A stretch of DNA of 62,147 nt, the filler included. It is 4 parts of 4 records of this genome, joined end to end, with 100 filler letters (N's around TTAATTAATTAA, not from the genome) between each part and the next. Parts side by side here need not be neighbours in the genome. Positions count along the whole stretch, not along the records: positions 33,210 to 50,612 come from SRR31156797_5554; 3 more parts are not named here. One strand, 5' to 3'. Below are positions 38,151-47,905 of the stretch, one piece after another. The notes under the pieces are model-generated. The model worked only from the letters and a program-made list of their open reading frames with translations. It ran no database searches and was not told the DNA's origin. Made by a program: the position numbers and the translations under genes. Position 1 is the first letter of the stretch. Each line of letters opens with the position of its first letter.

Positions 38151-40505
38151 TCACTGAATTGAAACGGCGGTTCTCTCTATGATTTCATCTTTCATTGCAG
38201 GCGTCAGATCATTGAAATAGGCGGAATACCCCGATACCCTGACCAGCAGGTTGGGATAGCTCTCCGGATCATTGCGGGCCTTTCTTAAAATGGATGGATC
38301 AAGGACATTGAACTGCACCTGCATGCCGCCGCGTCTGAAATAGGTTTTGAAAATACTCTTTAGGGCCAGCCGGCCCGTATCCCCCTTGATGCTGTTTTTG
38401 TCCCACTTCATGTTCAGGTTGATGCCGTTTGCAAAATTTCTGGCATCGATGCGGTTAACGGAATTGAGCACGGCCGTGGGGCCCAGCCTGTCCTGTCCGT
38501 TTGTTGGCGCAATACCGGAAGCGAAGGGTTCCCCTCTCCTTCGGCCGTTGGGTAGCGCTCCCGTCACCTGGCCGAAATACTCATGTGCCGTCACGGAATA
38601 GAGTCCGGTGGTATATTTTCCGCCCCGGGTGTTGAAACGGCCTTTCAGGTTTTCGTTGAAGAGACGGAGCACATAGAGCGTATAAGCATCCACCGCCTCG
38701 TTGTCATTGCCGAACTTGTCCATGTTCCCGAGGCAGCGCCGCCATTTCTCATCCTCAAGATTGCTTTTCAGAAGATCCAAAAGCCCCTGCAGATCGATTC
38801 TTTTCTCCTCAAACACGATCTTTTGGATGGCATAGAGGGCATCACCCGTATCCACTGGGCCCACACACTGGATGCCTGAAAAATTGTATGCGGCACCGCC
38901 TGCCGTGGAACAAGTTCCGTTTTCAAGACATCCATCCAGGAGCATGCTGGTAAGGGGCGTGGGATGGTACAGGGCATTTGCCCGTTCAATCTGCCGGAGA
39001 TCCCGGATGAGGCGCATCATGAAGTGGCGCAATTGGGTTTCAAACGCCAGCCTTACATCATCCATCCCGGCCATTTTGGCGACAGGCACCGTTTTGGGAC
39101 CGACCCGCCGGCGTGAACCGAACCGTTTCCCCTGGTTAAGGGCCAATTCCAGCATCAGCGGGACATTGAATATGGCCGCATCGGTGGAGGAAAAGCTCTT
39201 ACCCTGACAGACCGGTTCAACACACCCCACCCCCGTGTAATCCCTTGCGTCGGCAGGATCATAACCGTTACTCACAAGGGTTTCCACAATCACGTCATCA
39301 TTATAGAGGGCCGGGGAACCACTTCCGCCTGCAAGGATTCCGAATACGGCGTCGATATAGGTCTCAGGAGCTTCTTTGTGAACCCTTGCATGATAGTTGG
39401 GCTGGCGCATTCTTAACCGATCCATTGTCTCAAGGAATATATGGGAAAGTTCGTTCGTCGCATCTTTGCCGCTACGATCCACGCCGCCAATAGTTACCAC
39501 CTGCCCGTTGAACATCCCCCCGTGAAACCGGGTGATATGTTCCGAAAAGACCGGTACGATCTCAGACATTTTAATGGAAAAAGCGGATACCAGTTCTTTT
39601 GCGCCTTCCCTGGTCAATTGCCGCGTTTCCACGTCCCTTTCGTAAAAGGGAAAAAGATAGTGATCCATTCTCCCGGGGGAGATGGCATTATCAAGACTTT
39701 CAAGATTGAGGGCGATCTGGGCCAGAAAGATGGATTGAAGGGCTTCCCGTAAGGTTTCGGCGCCTTTTAGAGGAACCCTTTTGCAGACACCGGAAATATC
39801 CAAAAGCGCTTTTCTCCGGTCGGGATCGGTCTCCTTTCGGGACATCTGAAAGGCAAGATCCGAATACCGTTTTCCGAACCGGGCCAGTCCCCGGGCCATA
39901 ATTTTCACGGACTCGTAGAAATACCATTTTCGGCTATTTCGGGCCGCCCGGGCCTGCAGGGGTTCAACTTCGGCAATGATCCCTTCGGTTCCCGTGTTAA
40001 TGAGCTTCTCATAATCGGGTGCCAGATGAGCGATGCCGCCGCTCTCATTGATGAGATAATACCGGGCAGTCAATTGGTCGGCAATAAACCGTAGCGTATC
40101 CATCTTGGATTTGTGGGCCTTAAAACCCAAAAAACGAAACATCCAGAACGGGATGATTTTTATGAGTCCAAGAATCTCCCGGTTGGAAATCTCCAGGGGA
40201 TTGGTCTTCCTTTTTGAGAATTTCAGAAGGTCCTGCATCACCACGATACCGTGGAGTTCAGGGAAAACGGAACCGCCCACCCGCTTTGATGTAAAGTTTC
40301 CCACAATCAATTCATCTGAATGGATGCGAATGGTCTTGGTTACAAGCACATCACTTAGGGCCTCGGCCATCTGGATATGGATATCCTTCTTTTGGTTTCC
40401 CCTGTTTTTGAAATACCGGGTCCAGATCAGTGCCCGCTCGGTGCAAATCCCAGGGATGGCCCTCTGAACCGCTCCTTTGAGGCGCTCTATTCTGTCTTGA
40501 CCCAT
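38151..40505 (-). CDS. Glycyl radical enzyme (PFL2 / diol-dehydratase-like clade), substrate unknown
   Basis: Single active-site Cys in GVGCVEP, C-terminal glycyl-radical motif LLVRVSGYS; GAAAGGA RBS before ATG40505. Confidence 0.93.
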   Translation of the reverse strand: MGQDRIERLKGAVQRAIPGICTERALIWTRYFKNRGNQKKDIHIQMAEALSDVLVTKTIRIHSDELIVGNFTSKRVGGSVFPELHGIVVMQDLLKFSKRKTNPLEISNREILGLIKIIPFWMFRFLGFKAHKSKMDTLRFIADQLTARYYLINESGGIAHLAPDYEKLINTGTEGIIAEVEPLQARAARNSRKWYFYESVKIMARGLARFGKRYSDLAFQMSRKETDPDRRKALLDISGVCKRVPLKGAETLREALQSIFLAQIALNLESLDNAISPGRMDHYLFPFYERDVETRQLTREGAKELVSAFSIKMSEIVPVFSEHITRFHGGMFNGQVVTIGGVDRSGKDATNELSHIFLETMDRLRMRQPNYHARVHKEAPETYIDAVFGILAGGSGSPALYNDDVIVETLVSNGYDPADARDYTGVGCVEPVCQGKSFSSTDAAIFNVPLMLELALNQGKRFGSRRRVGPKTVPVAKMAGMDDVRLAFETQLRHFMMRLIRDLRQIERANALYHPTPLTSMLLDGCLENGTCSTAGGAAYNFSGIQCVGPVDTGDALYAIQKIVFEEKRIDLQGLLDLLKSNLEDEKWRRCLGNMDKFGNDNEAVDAYTLYVLRLFNENLKGRFNTRGGKYTTGLYSVTAHEYFGQVTGALPNGRRRGEPFASGIAPTNGQDRLGPTAVLNSVNRIDARNFANGINLNMKWDKNSIKGDTGRLALKSIFKTYFRRGGMQVQFNVLDPSILRKARNDPESYPNLLVRVSGYSAYFNDLTPAMKDEIIERTAVSIQ

Positions 40506-40519
40506 GGTGGAATCCTTTC

Positions 40520-41425
40520 TCAATCGTACAAAGTAACATTAATTCCATGGCCCTCAAAAACACCTTTTGCAGACAACAGATGACTTTTCTTGCCTGCCCG
40601 CAGGTCCAATGGCTCATAATCCGCTCTGATTCTCGATAATTTGGCATTGCCCAATCGATGATAGGGAAGAAGGTGGATGAAAGGGAGATTGTTTTTCCTT
40701 AAAAAACCGGCCGTTTGAACGATATTCTGAACACTGTCATTGACGGTGGGAATAAGCGGCATTCTTGGGGTGAGTCCTTGAAAAATCGCGCTAAGTCTTT
40801 TGAAGTTTTCGAGAATAATACTGTTATCAACACCCGTGTATGCCTGATGGATCCCTTTATCCATCAGTTTGAGATCGTAGAAGATCATTTCCATGAAGGG
40901 CAAAAGCGGTGCCACCTTATCCCAGTTGAACATCCCCGAGGTTTCCATGTTCACATGGATGCCTTCCGCTTTTATGAGCGGCAGAAATTCCTTGAGGAAC
41001 CGGACATGCATGGTCGGTTCACCGCCCGAAAGGGTAATGCCGCCATGGGAATCATCAAAAAAATCCTTATCTTTCAGCACCTCTCGAAGGAGCGGGGCAG
41101 CAGCCCAATCCCGGCCCAGGCATCTTACGGCACTGTTGGGGCAAACGGACACACACTTTCCGCATGCATCACACCGGTCAAAATCAATGCGGGAACTTCC
41201 ACTTCTCAGGATGGCGTCATTGGGGCACACATCCTTGCAGGCAAAACAGGCGGCACACTTCTCCATGAAAAACGCCATTTCCATACCGATTTCATGGGAT
41301 TCGGGATTCTGGCACCATTTACATTTTAGGGGGCAACCCTTGAAGAAAAGGGTCGTCCTGATGCCGGGGCCGTCGTGAATGGAAAACCGTTGAATAGCAA
41401 AGAGGGTGGCCCGGGTCATTTCCAT
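40520..41425 (-). CDS. Glycyl-radical enzyme activating protein (radical SAM with 2x[4Fe-4S] insert)
   Basis: IQRFSIHDGPGIRT..F.KGCPLKCKWCQNPE, CAACFACKDVC, CDACGKCVSVC, SGGEP and LLPYH motifs. Confidence 0.95.
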   Translation of the reverse strand: MEMTRATLFAIQRFSIHDGPGIRTTLFFKGCPLKCKWCQNPESHEIGMEMAFFMEKCAACFACKDVCPNDAILRSGSSRIDFDRCDACGKCVSVCPNSAVRCLGRDWAAAPLLREVLKDKDFFDDSHGGITLSGGEPTMHVRFLKEFLPLIKAEGIHVNMETSGMFNWDKVAPLLPFMEMIFYDLKLMDKGIHQAYTGVDNSIILENFKRLSAIFQGLTPRMPLIPTVNDSVQNIVQTAGFLRKNNLPFIHLLPYHRLGNAKLSRIRADYEPLDLRAGKKSHLLSAKGVFEGHGINVTLYD

Positions 41426-41845
41426 CAATCCTCAAAAGAGAACTTCCCTTGAGTCATCATTTGAATTATGGGCATAACGCTTCTCGGTCTTCCGGTATTC
41501 GGGGAATCCCACGATCCCTTTAATATGATTATTCATGAAATTTTATTTAATTATAGACGAGTTATGAAATAGAGGTCAAGCAGAGGCGGAAAAATGGATC
41601 TGGTGTTCATGAAACCTGCTGTCATGTGACAATATTGAACTTTCTCCAAAAAAAATGGGGAAAATGCCTATAGACCCAAAACGTCAGTAAGGGTTGTAAA
41701 AAATCGCAAGGGGCAAAATTTGTTTCAGGGAGGGTAGAAACCCGGCTATGGGGTCAATTATTATTGTCTTATCTTAGGACAGATAGAAGGGGGAATGGTA
41801 ACGGGGCGATCAAAGCCCTCAATCAAACACAATGGAGGCCTAACC

Positions 41846-42224
41846 ATGGATAAACCGATTGACAAAAGTTACAAACTCTACATTGACGGCGAATGGGTGG
41901 ACGGTAGGGAAGGTAAAACCTTTGATACCCATTGCCCGGCCAACGGCGAGGTGCTCGCAACCTGTGTAGATGCCGGCAAGGAAGACGTCGATGCGGCTGT
42001 CAAGGCTGCGTGGAAAGCGTTTGAGACATGGAAGGATGTCAGGCTCAGGAGCGTGCGGCCCGTCTCATGAAAATCGCGGATTTGATCGATCAAAATGCCG
42101 AAAAACCGGCCTTGATAGAAACTCTGGACAATGGTAAGCCCATTCGGGAAACCGGGCATATGGATATTCCCTAGCCAGTGATCATTTCCGCTATTATGCC
42201 AGCGTTGTAAGGACGGAAGAAGGA
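41846..42224 (+). pseudogene. Aldehyde dehydrogenase 5' remnant with two frameshifts, truncated
   Basis: GGAGG RBS; YKLYIDGEWV...PANGEVLA...DVDAAVKAA; shift near 42043 to AQERAARLMKIADLI...ETLDNGKPIRET..MDIP; shift near 42171 to LASDHFRYYASVVRTEEG; homology then ends. Confidence 0.88.
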
Positions 42225-42465
42225 AATGAATTGACACCGGCGCCGACCTTCGGGTATGGGTGAAAATATCAGGGCCTCGGCAAAAAATAAATACACCATC
42301 TGGCTTGTCCTTTGGTCCGTCTGCTGCGTTGCATCCACCAACACATATCCACCACTGGCGGATGCGCCTTGCATACGAACCAAAATACGGCGCAATCTGG
42401 CGCATTTATTTTTTTCCGAGACCCTGACTCTACAGCCAACCCTTATTTACTATTTTTTTTGGCTA

Positions 42466-43527
42466 ATGCACAGGGCGCTTGAAAATCTGAAGTCCCATGA
42501 AATGAAGATTCTATTTGGAATCATTGAAAAACTTTCAAGGGGCCGGGATCAAGAGTCGTTTCGCAGGGAGATCTCAAAGGATCTATTGCATCTCCTCAAG
42601 GCCGATTTTTTCGCATCCTTCATATGGGACCCGTCCACCAACTCTTTCGGGAACCCGGTTCTACTCAACATGTGCCCCGCCAATGTGGCCCGGTATGAAA
42701 GCCACTACCAATTTCATGACCCCATCACCCATCTCCTTCAGAAACGAAGGCGGGCCACCCTTGTGTGCGAAGTCATGGCCCAAGAGGAACTTGAAAAGAC
42801 CGAATTTTTCAATGATTTTCTCATGAAGGACGGACTGCACCACGGCATGAACCTCTATGCCTACGAAGGCGATCTGAATATCGGGGATTTGCGCATTTGG
42901 AGATCCGGCAGCCGACCCGACTTTGACAGGCGGGATGTTGCCATACTGGACTTCATACTCCCCTATTTCAAAAACGCCCTTCGCAATGCCAGGCACATGG
43001 CCGCGGCCAAAAGTATGGCGGGTCTTTGGGACGGTTTCTTTGAAAACACGCGGATCGCCCTCTTTCTCTTTGATCAAAAAAACCGGTTCGTTTTTCAAAA
43101 CAGAAGTGCCGACAGCCTCATGGCGGAACTGCCCGACCGTTTGAGCGCCCGGTTTTTCGGGGTGATCTCCTCCCTTTTAATAAAAAGCCCGTGCCAAACC
43201 GAATGGGGCCCTTTTTCCCTGTCCGTCTTTCACTCCTTTTCGCCCGAGGATGGAAGACCCGTGAAAGGGATCCTCGCCGCCCGCTCCAGTCCCCCGAAGA
43301 TTGACAGGGAGGTGCTTCAGAGCATATTCGAGCTGACCCCGCGGGAGACGGATATATGCCTCCTCATCTGCAAGGGTTTTACGGATCAGGAGATCGCATC
43401 CGTCCTGGGCATCGCATTTTCAACCATCAGAACCCACCTGAAACATATATTCCCCAAGCTTGAGGTCTCAAACCGTTCGGAGCTTATCTCCATCCTCTTT
43501 GAAAGCGTCGTGGAAATTTCCTATTGA
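42466..43527 (+). CDS. LuxR/GerE-type HTH regulator with N-terminal GAF-like sensor
   Basis: C-terminal LTPRETDICLLICKGFTDQEIASVLGIAFSTIRTHLKHIFPKL; N-terminal YQFHDPI...TEFFNDFL region. Start uncertain (ORF open from 42256). Confidence 0.88.
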   Translation: MHRALENLKSHEMKILFGIIEKLSRGRDQESFRREISKDLLHLLKADFFASFIWDPSTNSFGNPVLLNMCPANVARYESHYQFHDPITHLLQKRRRATLVCEVMAQEELEKTEFFNDFLMKDGLHHGMNLYAYEGDLNIGDLRIWRSGSRPDFDRRDVAILDFILPYFKNALRNARHMAAAKSMAGLWDGFFENTRIALFLFDQKNRFVFQNRSADSLMAELPDRLSARFFGVISSLLIKSPCQTEWGPFSLSVFHSFSPEDGRPVKGILAARSSPPKIDREVLQSIFELTPRETDICLLICKGFTDQEIASVLGIAFSTIRTHLKHIFPKLEVSNRSELISILFESVVEISY

Positions 43528-43548
43528 GTTCCCCTTTACTTCCAGCGC

Positions 43549-43566
43549 ATCCCCAATAATGGGGAT
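43549..43566. promoter_or_regulatory. Inverted repeat, candidate binding site for the LuxR-type regulator
   Basis: ATCCCCA-ataa-TGGGGAT between the regulator stop codon and the amidase start. Confidence 0.45.
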
Positions 43567-43701
43567 AGCGGATTTCATTTGGAAATGATCTAATTTTGTC
43601 CGCAAGTAGTGCAAGGGGCCATTGAAGGGATGGACCCGATTCTCATAATACGGGAATCATTGGGGATAAATGGAAGCAACGGAATTGAAGGGAGGGAAAA
43701 A

Positions 43702-45276
43702 ATGGACGGAAACCGAATGGATCGAAGGGATTTTTTGAAAACAACCCTGGCGGCTGGCGCGGGATTGGCCCTGAGCGGATCCATGGGGGATCTCGCCTTT
43801 GGGGGATCTTCCGGAAACGGTCTGTTGGCGCAGAAATCCCTGGTTGATCTCGCCGGGATGCTCAGGAGCGGAGAGACCACTTCCACCGAACTTGTCCAGC
43901 TCTACCTGGATCGAATCAAACGGTTCGGGGGACGAACCGGCTTGAACGCCTATATTACCGTGGCCGGGGACCAGGCCCTGAAACAGGCGGAGCGCCTGGA
44001 CCTCATGGCAAAACAAAAAAAGTTCATGGGTCCCCTGCACGGCCTTCCCATTGCCGTCAAGGACAATCTGGACACCCGAAACATGAGGACTACCGGCGGT
44101 TCCAAAATCCTGGCAAACTGGACCCCGCCCGCAAACGCCTTTGTGGTGGATAAACTTCAAAAAGCAGGGGCCATCATCCTGGGCAAGACCAATATGCACG
44201 AATTCGCCTTCGGCATCACCACCAACAACCCCTTTTACGGACCGGCCCGAAACCCCTACGATCCCACACGGATTCCGGGGGGATCCAGCGGGGGTTCCGC
44301 CGTGGCCGCGGCCGCGGGCTTTTGCGCCGGGGCCATCGGTACGGATACCGGGGGGTCGGTGCGGATCCCCGCATCCCTCTGCAATCTGGTGGGTCTCAAA
44401 CCCACCTTGGGCCGGGTTGGCCGGGGCGGCATGATGTATCTCTCCTTCACCCGGGACGTGATTGGACCTTTGACCCGCACCGTACTGGATTCGGCCATGC
44501 TGCTCCAGGCCATTGCCGGTCCCGACCCAAGGGATCCCGGATCATCCTCACTCCCTGTTCCCGATTACATGAACGCGGCCAAGGGGACCCTGAAGGGCAA
44601 ACGGTTCGGCGTGCCGGGAAAGTACTTTTTCGAAGGGATTCATGCCGATACCAAATCCGTGATCGACGCATCCATCAAAGAAATCGTGAAACTGGGCGGG
44701 GTTGTCAAAGAGGTGGAAGTGAAGCATATGGATATGGCAACGTCCACCGGGTTTAATATCGTTCTGGCAGAGTCCGTTTATCTCCTTGAAACCTATCTCA
44801 AGGCATTTAATCCCAAAGCCACTGTCGGGGAATATCTGAATCAGATGGGGCCTGATGTGAGCAGTGTATTGGGGAGCCAGATCGGAACCCCCGAATCAAA
44901 ACCGGTCCCGGGATATGCCTACACCAAATCCGTTCGGGAAGACCGCAACAGGATGATCGCGGGATTTGAAGAGGCCATGGGGGGCGTGGATGCGTTGCTC
45001 CTGCCCACAACGCCCCTTCCCGCCGCAAAGATCGGAGAGGATGTGGAAACCGATCTGAACGGGAAAAAGGTGAATACATTTCTGACCTTCATCAGGGACT
45101 GCGACCCCATCAGCGTTGTGGGCTATCCGGCCATCACCGTGCCGGCGGGATACAGCAGTGCGGGGATGCCCATCGGTCTTCAGATGGTGGCCAGGCCTTT
45201 CGAGGAAGGGAAACTGCTCCAAATGGGTCATGCCTTCGAACAGGGTACAAACCTATGGAAACCGCCGAAGCTTTGA
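43702..45276 (+). CDS. Tat-exported amidase-signature family enzyme
   Basis: MDRRDFLK twin-arginine signal; GPLHGLPIAVKD, GKTNMHEFA, PGGSSGGS and GTDTGGSVRIPA motifs (Lys-Ser-Ser triad). Confidence 0.93.
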   Translation: MDGNRMDRRDFLKTTLAAGAGLALSGSMGDLAFGGSSGNGLLAQKSLVDLAGMLRSGETTSTELVQLYLDRIKRFGGRTGLNAYITVAGDQALKQAERLDLMAKQKKFMGPLHGLPIAVKDNLDTRNMRTTGGSKILANWTPPANAFVVDKLQKAGAIILGKTNMHEFAFGITTNNPFYGPARNPYDPTRIPGGSSGGSAVAAAAGFCAGAIGTDTGGSVRIPASLCNLVGLKPTLGRVGRGGMMYLSFTRDVIGPLTRTVLDSAMLLQAIAGPDPRDPGSSSLPVPDYMNAAKGTLKGKRFGVPGKYFFEGIHADTKSVIDASIKEIVKLGGVVKEVEVKHMDMATSTGFNIVLAESVYLLETYLKAFNPKATVGEYLNQMGPDVSSVLGSQIGTPESKPVPGYAYTKSVREDRNRMIAGFEEAMGGVDALLLPTTPLPAAKIGEDVETDLNGKKVNTFLTFIRDCDPISVVGYPAITVPAGYSSAGMPIGLQMVARPFEEGKLLQMGHAFEQGTNLWKPPKL

Positions 45277-45386
45277 AAGCATCAGGCTCTTTTTCCCCGC
45301 GGCCGGGTGTTTTTTTCCGGGCCGCGGGCCAGAGACAGAGCACCGTTTTCATCGAAGCGAACAGAGCGGCGAAAAACGTCCGGTGC

Positions 45387-45818
45387 TTATGCATTTGTTG
45401 GGGGAATGGAACTTTCATTAATGACGATATCAGACTGTGGGCAAACTGCACTTAGTAACTCATTGAGTTTTTCAACGCTTGGAACAGAATGCCCTTGCTC
45501 ATACCGAGCATAGGTGTTGCGTGATTTCATACCCAATCGGCTTGCAACCTGGGCAAGCGATAAACCACTTAATTCTCGTTTCCGCTGCAATAATAAACTT
45601 ACCATGTGCTTTGTTTCCAAAGAACCAACTTCAAAATTATCCTTTTTCCCCTTATAAACCTCGATTTTAAATCCATCTTTATTAACCAAAGATTCGAGCA
45701 TATCAGCAACCATTTCGTATGCTTCTTTCTTTGTACGTCCCTGGGTCATTAAATCGAGGATCGGAATTTCTGCTAACCAGAATTTACTCTCTTTATATAT
45801 TTTACCTGAAAACCTCAT
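45387..45818 (-). CDS. hicB: HicB-like antitoxin with C-terminal XRE HTH
   Basis: W.AEIP.LD.MTQG.T..EA.EM..D N-terminal domain, then GLSLAQVASRLG....YARYEQG...PS; ATGA overlap with hicA. Confidence 0.85.
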   Translation of the reverse strand: MRFSGKIYKESKFWLAEIPILDLMTQGRTKKEAYEMVADMLESLVNKDGFKIEVYKGKKDNFEVGSLETKHMVSLLLQRKRELSGLSLAQVASRLGMKSRNTYARYEQGHSVPSVEKLNELLSAVCPQSDIVINESSIPPTNA

Positions 45819-45997
45819 GATTGGCCTCCTCTCTTTGCTTTACGTATTATTGAACGAGCAAGCTTTTCATTTATTTCCTTATGTCGAGGGATTGGTTCCT
45901 GCCTCTCCCCATTGGTCCAAATATCATGGTTACCACCATGTCTTAGAAACCACCAACCCAGCCTTTTTAACTCATTCTCAAGTTTACTTCGTTTCAT
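45815..45997 (-). CDS. hicA: HicA family toxin (mRNA interferase)
   Basis: MKRSKLENELKRLGWWFLRHGGNHDIWTNG....PIPRH.EI.E.LARSI. Confidence 0.92.
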   Translation of the reverse strand: MKRSKLENELKRLGWWFLRHGGNHDIWTNGERQEPIPRHKEINEKLARSIIRKAKRGGQS

Positions 45998-46003
45998 AGC
46001 GGA

Positions 46004-46032
46004 AGGGTACACAAATATGTGTGCAGTGACAA
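46004..46032 (-). promoter_or_regulatory. hicAB promoter, probably leaderless, with palindromic spacer
   Basis: TTGTCA (46032-27), 17 bp, TACCCT (46009-04), then 6 nt to ATG45997; ACACA-aata-TGTGT palindrome at 46009-46022. Confidence 0.55.
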
Positions 46033-46296
46033 GCAGTTTATTGCACTACTTAATCGCGGTGCGCCGATATCCTGCGGGCTGCGGCAGAGCGCCGATAAAG
46101 CGAATCTGTTGATGCCACAATGACGCTTCCCGTTCCTTATACCACAAAGATTCGGGGCCGAAATGGGGGAAGAAAAAAGGTCTGCAGTCGAGCTCGCTGT
46201 TTGAAGCATGCAGGTTCAGGGCAATGCGATGGGCGGGCCTTCATCCAGAAGATTCAGAATCGTTTGATGGAGTACTTCAACCTCCCTCGGTCCCGA

Positions 46297-46788
46297 TCAG
46301 GGGGTAAGGACTTTTTTCTGGATTTCTTTGATTTCAGGGTTATTCAACAACTCAATGAACTTCGGGTTGGACATGAGGGTGGCGATGTCGCCTGCGGATA
46401 CTGCTTTCATAAAATCAGGATCTTTTAAAAGTTCCTGCATTTTTGGATCTTTCTGCAGGGACATCACCAGACCCATGACTTCATCATTGTTCATCATGGA
46501 CTGCTGAAGGGATTGAATTTCGGATGCGGCAGCACCTTTAGGCGTACCCACAATTTCCTTTTCCGTTGCACTTGCGGATCCCACACGGATGAACCGAATT
46601 TCCGCTTCTTTTACCTTCAGGGTACCCAGGCTATCAGACTTCACAACATAAACGCCATCACTCTTGGAAATGATTTCCCCAAGGATAATCCCACCATCGA
46701 CCAGTTCAATTTCACTTAACTGACCCGCAAACACGTTATGGGAAACGATCATAAGAATAAAGCAACATAACACGACTACGATTTTCAT
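46297..46788 (-). CDS. Exported hypothetical protein: small beta domain plus STI1/DP-like helical tail
   Basis: Signal peptide (VFA-G); IEL.DG..I.GEI beta region; repeated DP/NP helices (QKDPKMQELLKDPDFM, MSNPKF, LNNPEI). Confidence 0.75.
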   Translation of the reverse strand: MKIVVVLCCFILMIVSHNVFAGQLSEIELVDGGIILGEIISKSDGVYVVKSDSLGTLKVKEAEIRFIRVGSASATEKEIVGTPKGAAASEIQSLQQSMMNNDEVMGLVMSLQKDPKMQELLKDPDFMKAVSAGDIATLMSNPKFIELLNNPEIKEIQKKVLTP

Positions 46789-46839
46789 ATTGTCCCCTCT
46801 TATGCTTTTACCACAACTCGCCTCAATGATCAGGCGGAT

Positions 46840-47550
46840 CTATGGTTCAAGCAGTTCTCCAACAAACCGCGCTCTCAATCTTTCCAGTGTGCCATCTTTC
46901 TGCATTTCCTTGAAAACCGCGTCGATTTTCGGCACCAGTGCCCCATGTTTTTTGTGAAGATAATGATAGACAGGCTCTCGGCTCAACGGTGGGGACAGGG
47001 CATGGATACCCTTGAGGTTCAATTTCTTGAGCTGGTGAAGACCGTTAATCCGGGCCGTAATCACCATGTCAACGCGATCCCGATGGAGAATCTGCATCAA
47101 AAGTTTGCTGCTGTTAACGACTTGGATATTTTCCATTCCCCGGGTGCAATCTTCCGCGTGCTTGACACCCCTGACAATCCCGATCCGATGCGCCTTTAAA
47201 TCCGTACAGCCGCCGACCGTAAGGTTCAGTTTTTTCGCAAAAGCCGTGGGTTCTATGTAATTAATCGGTGTGGGCACCCGTATGAGCCCAGGGTAATCGT
47301 CTCCCACACGAAAAATCCGGTGCACCTCGCCGTCTATACTCCCCCGGCTGGATTCCAGTAAAGCCCTTTTTCCGGGCATCTCAACCATTTCAATGGGAAT
47401 GCCCAAACGTTCATAAGCCAACTTCAATATTTCCGCCCCCACCATCTGATCCGGCGTGTTGACAATCCTGGCAAATTTAAGGGGTTCTTGGGAATGAGCC
47501 ATTGAGCAAACAAAAAGGAAAAACGCGACCGTAAGTGCAATTTTTTTCAT
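46840..47550 (-). CDS. Solute-binding protein, family-3-like, without adjacent permease
   Basis: Signal peptide (AHS-Q); PGKRAL, IGIVRG, RVDMVI and FKEMQKDGTLERL motifs; GGAGAGG RBS before ATG47550. Confidence 0.82.
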   Translation of the reverse strand: MKKIALTVAFFLFVCSMAHSQEPLKFARIVNTPDQMVGAEILKLAYERLGIPIEMVEMPGKRALLESSRGSIDGEVHRIFRVGDDYPGLIRVPTPINYIEPTAFAKKLNLTVGGCTDLKAHRIGIVRGVKHAEDCTRGMENIQVVNSSKLLMQILHRDRVDMVITARINGLHQLKKLNLKGIHALSPPLSREPVYHYLHKKHGALVPKIDAVFKEMQKDGTLERLRARFVGELLEP

Positions 47551-47905
47551 GATCCTCTCCCATTTTTTTCCGTTAACAGGGACAGTGGTTCCGAAAAATT
47601 CCGGGCGCTCCCGATGAAAGCGATCATCGCATGTTTTCCATATTGTCATGTTCTTTCATGTGAGTCAACTTGGTAACCCTGCCGGCACCACATGGAATGG
47701 ATCTGAGAATGGCATACCGTTTAGACGCTGCACCAACGCCACATGGCGAGATTGACTTTTCTTGACACAGGGGACTGAATCGCGTAGGTTTTTTCTTAAA
47801 AATGGGATTTTCGGTCATCTCTTTCGAAGCCGAACAGCCGGGCTGTGAATCGGGGCCGCACTTTTTGGAGGAGGGTCCGGCAGCAGTCAACCAAGAGGAG
47901 GGAAT

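Noticed and set aside
42172..42174. In-frame TAG in the ALDH remnant as pyrrolysine or read-through
   Set aside because: Homology resumes in a different frame (LASDHFRYY), so it reflects a 1-nt deletion, and the gene is truncated anyway.
47760..47905. Moco/Wco riboswitch upstream of the second Mo/W enzyme
   Set aside because: GC-rich leader, but I could not identify the conserved motif by eye; needs an Infernal search.
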